From contig CAXXSL010000018.1 in NCBI GenBank assembly GCA_963675525.2, forward strand, positions 32,001-96,000: a stretch of 64,000 nucleotides of DNA, in the 5' to 3' direction. The position numbers were made by a program, and so were the translations under genes. Below, piece by piece: positions 60,468 to 64,000 of this stretch (position 1 is the first letter of the stretch; each line of letters opens with the position of its first letter). A model generated the notes under the pieces. That model was not told where the DNA came from. It ran no database searches and was given only the letters and a program-made list of their open reading frames with translations. This DNA comes from Anaerohalosphaeraceae bacterium (GTDB taxonomy: Bacteria > Planctomycetota > Phycisphaerae > Sedimentisphaerales > Anaerohalosphaeraceae).

Positions 60468-61120
60468 AGAGATTGGTTTTAAAAAAACCGTTGCTATGGC
60501 TCATCGCCGGTTGCGTTATCGGCGGCATGCTTTATGCCTTTCCGCCTTTTCACATCGTACCTCTGGATGAAGCGAGGGCCAAATCCCAGGCGCAGGTCTT
60601 CAATGCCAATCTGTTTGCTGTTGATTTCTGGCAGAACCAGTTGACCGGATCGCTTAACAGTGCGGTTGAAGCCAGGGAGGTTCTGGATGCTATCGGCCGT
60701 GACCGCCAGGCTGCCAAAAATCGCTACGGGCGAGTTGTGGGATTAGACGGCCCCCATCATTATTTCCTAAAAGGGACCGGCAGGATAATTGCCATGCACG
60801 ACCGACAGGTAGAGATAGCCTTAGACGGCAATGATACCGACCGGCCGGATGTGATTTTGGTAACATCAATGATCTTCGGCAACGAAGTTCTCAACGCCAC
60901 AGGATTACTCAGCCGAAGCCAGTTCCAGCGGACCAATGATTATAACGCAATTTCAGCGGAAGTGAACAAAATCGTGGAAACTCAAGTTGTTCCTCCTTTT
61001 CTGGAAAAAGCCAAAATCGGTGCGACGATCCATTTTGTCGGTTGTTCATTGAAGATTTCTGACGATGACCCGACGTCTATTCCCATGCATCTGGTGCCTG
61101 TTAAGCTGGAGGCCGAGTAG
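60464..61120 (+). CDS. DUF2291 family protein associated with the sugar ABC transporter
   Basis: Lies between the SBP and the ATPase; [39 protein letters not shown]. Confidence 0.7.
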   Translation: MKRLVLKKPLLWLIAGCVIGGMLYAFPPFHIVPLDEARAKSQAQVFNANLFAVDFWQNQLTGSLNSAVEAREVLDAIGRDRQAAKNRYGRVVGLDGPHHYFLKGTGRIIAMHDRQVEIALDGNDTDRPDVILVTSMIFGNEVLNATGLLSRSQFQRTNDYNAISAEVNKIVETQVVPPFLEKAKIGATIHFVGCSLKISDDDPTSIPMHLVPVKLEAE

Positions 61121-62686
61121 GTGCATACGGAAGCCGAAAAAAAAATTAACTCACCGGAGATCGTCCTTGAGGCGAGGAATATTGTGAAAACATTCCCCGG
61201 GGTACACGCCCTGGACAAGGTGAATTTTTGTGTTTATCGCGGCCGGCTAAATGCCCTGGTCGGGGAAAACGGCGCCGGCAAGTCCACCCTGATGAAAATT
61301 CTTGCAGGTATTTACCATCCCGATTCGGGTGATATTCTGTTGGAGGGTGAATTGACAACCTTCAACAACCCCCGCCAGGCTCAGGCCCGGGGAATCGCCA
61401 TTATCCATCAGGAGTTGAATCTGATCCCCTATCTGAGCGTGGCTGAAAACATCTTTCTCGGACGCGAGTTTCGCACTCGGCTTGGACTGATTGACTACAA
61501 GAAAATGCACCGGGAAACGAGTCATATTTTGAACAAGCTCGATCTTCCTATTGATCCGCAATGCCTTGCGTCGTCTCTGGGTGTTGGCCAGCAGCAGATT
61601 GTCGAGATCGCCAGAGCATTATCCACCGACGCCAAAATCATTATCATGGACGAACCAACGTCGGCGATCAGCGAACATGAAATCGATGTTTTCTTTGGAC
61701 TCATCAAGAATTTGAAGCGACGGGGAGTGACGATTGTTTATATCTCACACAAGCTTGATGAATTGTTCAGGATCGGAGATCATGTTACGGTCATGCGCGA
61801 CGGACAAGTCATTGGCGGGGATTCGCTGGCCAATCTGAATCAGGATGATATCATCCGAATGATGATCGGACGCGATTTAAAAGATCTCTATCAGCGAAAC
61901 TCATCCGTGACTGCAGTCGAAGCGATTCGAGTAGAGCAGCTTTGCCTGAAAAGATCGGGTCAACAGAATGATTATCTTGTTAAGGATGTAAGTTTCCATG
62001 TCAAACGCGGCGAGGTTCTTGGGATTTTTGGGCTAATGGGAGCCGGGCGGACTGAACTGCTCGAGACAATCTTCGGTCGGCACCCGAAATTGGCAAGTAG
62101 AAACATCTTTCTTGAAGGAGAAAAAATATCGCTTCAATCGCCGAGTGACGCAATTAAAGCGGGAATTGTTCTGGCGCCGGAGGACCGTAAAGAACAGGGA
62201 CTTGTCCTGGGAATGAATGTCGCCGAGAACATTTCTTTGGCCAATCTGGATAAAATTCTATGTTTTGGATTTCTGCGGAAAACGGCTGAAAGAAAGATGG
62301 CCGACACCTATGTGGAGCGATTGAGAATAAAGACACCCTCGATAGAACAGAAAGTCAAAAACCTCAGCGGAGGCAATCAGCAAAAAGTGATTTTGGGTAA
62401 ATGGTTAGCGACGGAACCAACCGTTTTGCTGCTGGATGAACCAACCCGCGGAATTGACATCAACGCCAAGAAAGAAATTTACCGATTAATTGATGAACTA
62501 ACGCAACAGGGATTGGCTGTGGTTATCGTATCGTCGGAATTACCTGAAATCCTTGGGGTCTCTGATCGTATTATGGTGATGTCCAAAGGGTGTAAGACGG
62601 CCGAATTTTCGCGTGCCGAAGCGACAGAAGAAGTAATACTAAAAGCAGCTTTACCAAAGTCTGCATCAGCCGGAAAGCAATTATGA
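61121..62686 (+). CDS. Sugar ABC transporter ATP-binding protein (RbsA/MglA-like)
   Basis: GENGAGKST, IMDEPT, ISHKL, EDRK, LSGGNQQK, LDEPTRGID. Confidence 0.95.
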   Translation: MHTEAEKKINSPEIVLEARNIVKTFPGVHALDKVNFCVYRGRLNALVGENGAGKSTLMKILAGIYHPDSGDILLEGELTTFNNPRQAQARGIAIIHQELNLIPYLSVAENIFLGREFRTRLGLIDYKKMHRETSHILNKLDLPIDPQCLASSLGVGQQQIVEIARALSTDAKIIIMDEPTSAISEHEIDVFFGLIKNLKRRGVTIVYISHKLDELFRIGDHVTVMRDGQVIGGDSLANLNQDDIIRMMIGRDLKDLYQRNSSVTAVEAIRVEQLCLKRSGQQNDYLVKDVSFHVKRGEVLGIFGLMGAGRTELLETIFGRHPKLASRNIFLEGEKISLQSPSDAIKAGIVLAPEDRKEQGLVLGMNVAENISLANLDKILCFGFLRKTAERKMADTYVERLRIKTPSIEQKVKNLSGGNQQKVILGKWLATEPTVLLLDEPTRGIDINAKKEIYRLIDELTQQGLAVVIVSSELPEILGVSDRIMVMSKGCKTAEFSRAEATEEVILKAALPKSASAGKQL

Positions 62687-63663
62687 GCAAAAAAATAACT
62701 ATTAAAAGTCTGCTTTCACGTTTTCAACTGCTTATCGTATTGATGATCATGGTTGTAACGCTTAGCCAGCTCAGCGATACATTTTTCACGACGACCAATA
62801 TCGAGAATATTTTCCAGCAGATTTCCATTAATCTCTGCCTGTCGATCGGGATGACATTAGTGATTCTGGCGGGTGGAATTGACCTCTCCGTGGGTTCCGT
62901 GCTGGCCTTATCCGGAATGGTAATGGCAGGATTTATTAAAAACGGCATCGCTATCCCCGGCACCAATCTGCTGGTGCAGTTCACTTTTTGCGGCGCTTTG
63001 ATCGCGGGATTGCTCACTGGACTTTCATTGGGATCATTCAACGGCCTAGTGATTACCCGGTTCAAGATTCCTCCATTTGTGGCAACATTAGGCATGTTGA
63101 GTATTGCCCGGGGATTGACCAAACTATGGACCCGAGGTGAGCCGATTACCGACTTGGGACCTGGATTCGAGTTCGTCGGATCGGGATCCTTTCTTGGCAT
63201 TGGAATCGTTATCTGGATTCCGATCTTTCTGATTTTGGCATTTATGGTGATCACTCAAAAGAGCTGTTTCGGCAGACATCTATACGCCGTTGGGGGAAAT
63301 GAACAGGCGGCGGCCCTTTCCGGATTACACGTCAATCGGATTAAATTGTGGGCTTATGCATTGTGCGGCTTATTGTCGGCCGTGGCGGCGTTGATTCTGA
63401 CGGCAAGATTGAATTCTGCGACCGTGGTCGCCGGTGAAACGTATGAGTTGGAAGCCATTGCTGCGGTGGTCATCGGGGGGACTTCGCTTTCGGGCGGACG
63501 CGGAACTATCCTGGGTACGGTTTTGGGATGTCTAATTATTGGAATACTGGCCAATGGACTGGTCCTGATGGGAGTACGGGAAGAATTACAATTGGTCGTC
63601 AAGGGCGGCGTGATACTGCTGGCCGTCGCTTTTGATAAAATACACAGCAGGTATTCGATATAA
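62683..63663 (+). CDS. Sugar ABC transporter permease (RbsC-like)
   Basis: GGIDLSVGS, IPPFVATLG, YAVGGNEQAAALSG, YELEAIAAVVIGGTSLSGG. Confidence 0.95.
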   Translation: MSKKITIKSLLSRFQLLIVLMIMVVTLSQLSDTFFTTTNIENIFQQISINLCLSIGMTLVILAGGIDLSVGSVLALSGMVMAGFIKNGIAIPGTNLLVQFTFCGALIAGLLTGLSLGSFNGLVITRFKIPPFVATLGMLSIARGLTKLWTRGEPITDLGPGFEFVGSGSFLGIGIVIWIPIFLILAFMVITQKSCFGRHLYAVGGNEQAAALSGLHVNRIKLWAYALCGLLSAVAALILTARLNSATVVAGETYELEAIAAVVIGGTSLSGGRGTILGTVLGCLIIGILANGLVLMGVREELQLVVKGGVILLAVAFDKIHSRYSI

Positions 63664-63698
63664 ACCTGTTTTCCTGGGTTAAATTAAGGGATTCATAT

Positions 63699-64000
63699 AT
63701 GAAAATGGTGCAAAAGAAAGTAACCTTTGGTCTGGTTGTGGGAACACGTAATATTTTCAATGCACAACTTGCCTCGACAGAGCGAAAAAAACTGATTGCC
63801 CTGCTGGACCGATTGGGATTTGGATATGTCATACCTGACAAACAGGCGACGCCCGCCGGAGCAATTGAAACCCGTGCCGATGCCAAGGTATGTGCTGAGT
63901 TATTTAAGACCCATAGCGATTCAATTGACGGCATACTCATTATTTTGCCGAATTTCGGCGATGAATTGGGCATTGTTCAGACTTTGGAAATGGCAAGGCT
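63699..64000 (+). CDS. L-fucose/L-arabinose isomerase family protein, 3'-truncated by the window end (not in the ORF track)
   Basis: ATG at 63699: MKMVQKKVTFGLVVGTRNIFN...GAIETRADAKVCAELFK...IDGILIILPNFGDE; open to the window end. Confidence 0.75.
   Translation, partial: MKMVQKKVTFGLVVGTRNIFNAQLASTERKKLIALLDRLGFGYVIPDKQATPAGAIETRADAKVCAELFKTHSDSIDGILIILPNFGDELGIVQTLEMAR

Noticed and set aside
1..64000. CRISPR arrays, rRNA, intact tRNA, prophage or defence genes
   Set aside because: No regularly spaced repeats or diagnostic motifs were found by eye

Overview
A gene-dense, carbohydrate-focused window. Its DUF1549/1553, DUF1501, PEP-CTERM, ECF/FecR and dockerin-like proteins suggest a planctomycete, probably Phycisphaerae/Sedimentisphaerales-like (inference). 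All family calls are by motif recognition, without database searches. Four blocks: (1) 1-8853: a partial DUF1080(?)-CBM gene, a Tat-exported Gfo/Idh/MocA oxidoreductase, a DUF1549/1553-DUF1501-PPC trio and a GT2. (2) 8860-27543, minus strand: an apparent operon of four Gfo/Idh/MocA enzymes, DUF1080 and xylose-isomerase-like TIM barrels, a ThuA-HEAT protein, a 7xCxxCH cytochrome c with a cytochrome b-like partner, an MFS transporter and an unusual GT-C (TIGR03663-like)-ApbE fusion. This resembles an oxidation/elimination glycoside-cleavage pathway wired to an electron-transfer module. (3) 27875-46156, minus strand: an ECF sigma and FecR-NPCBM anti-sigma upstream of large secreted LamG proteins (one PEP-CTERM, four with dockerin-like motifs, including a GH51-GH43 enzyme and a CotH kinase); one gene carries four +1 frameshifts. 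(4) 46632-64000: GH28, GH137-like, SSS transporter, GH78, GH143-GH142-like, an IS remnant, AraC, a DUF2291 sugar ABC transporter and a partial fucose-isomerase-family gene, together suggesting rhamnogalacturonan-II/apiose use. No rRNA, intact tRNA or CRISPR array was seen.
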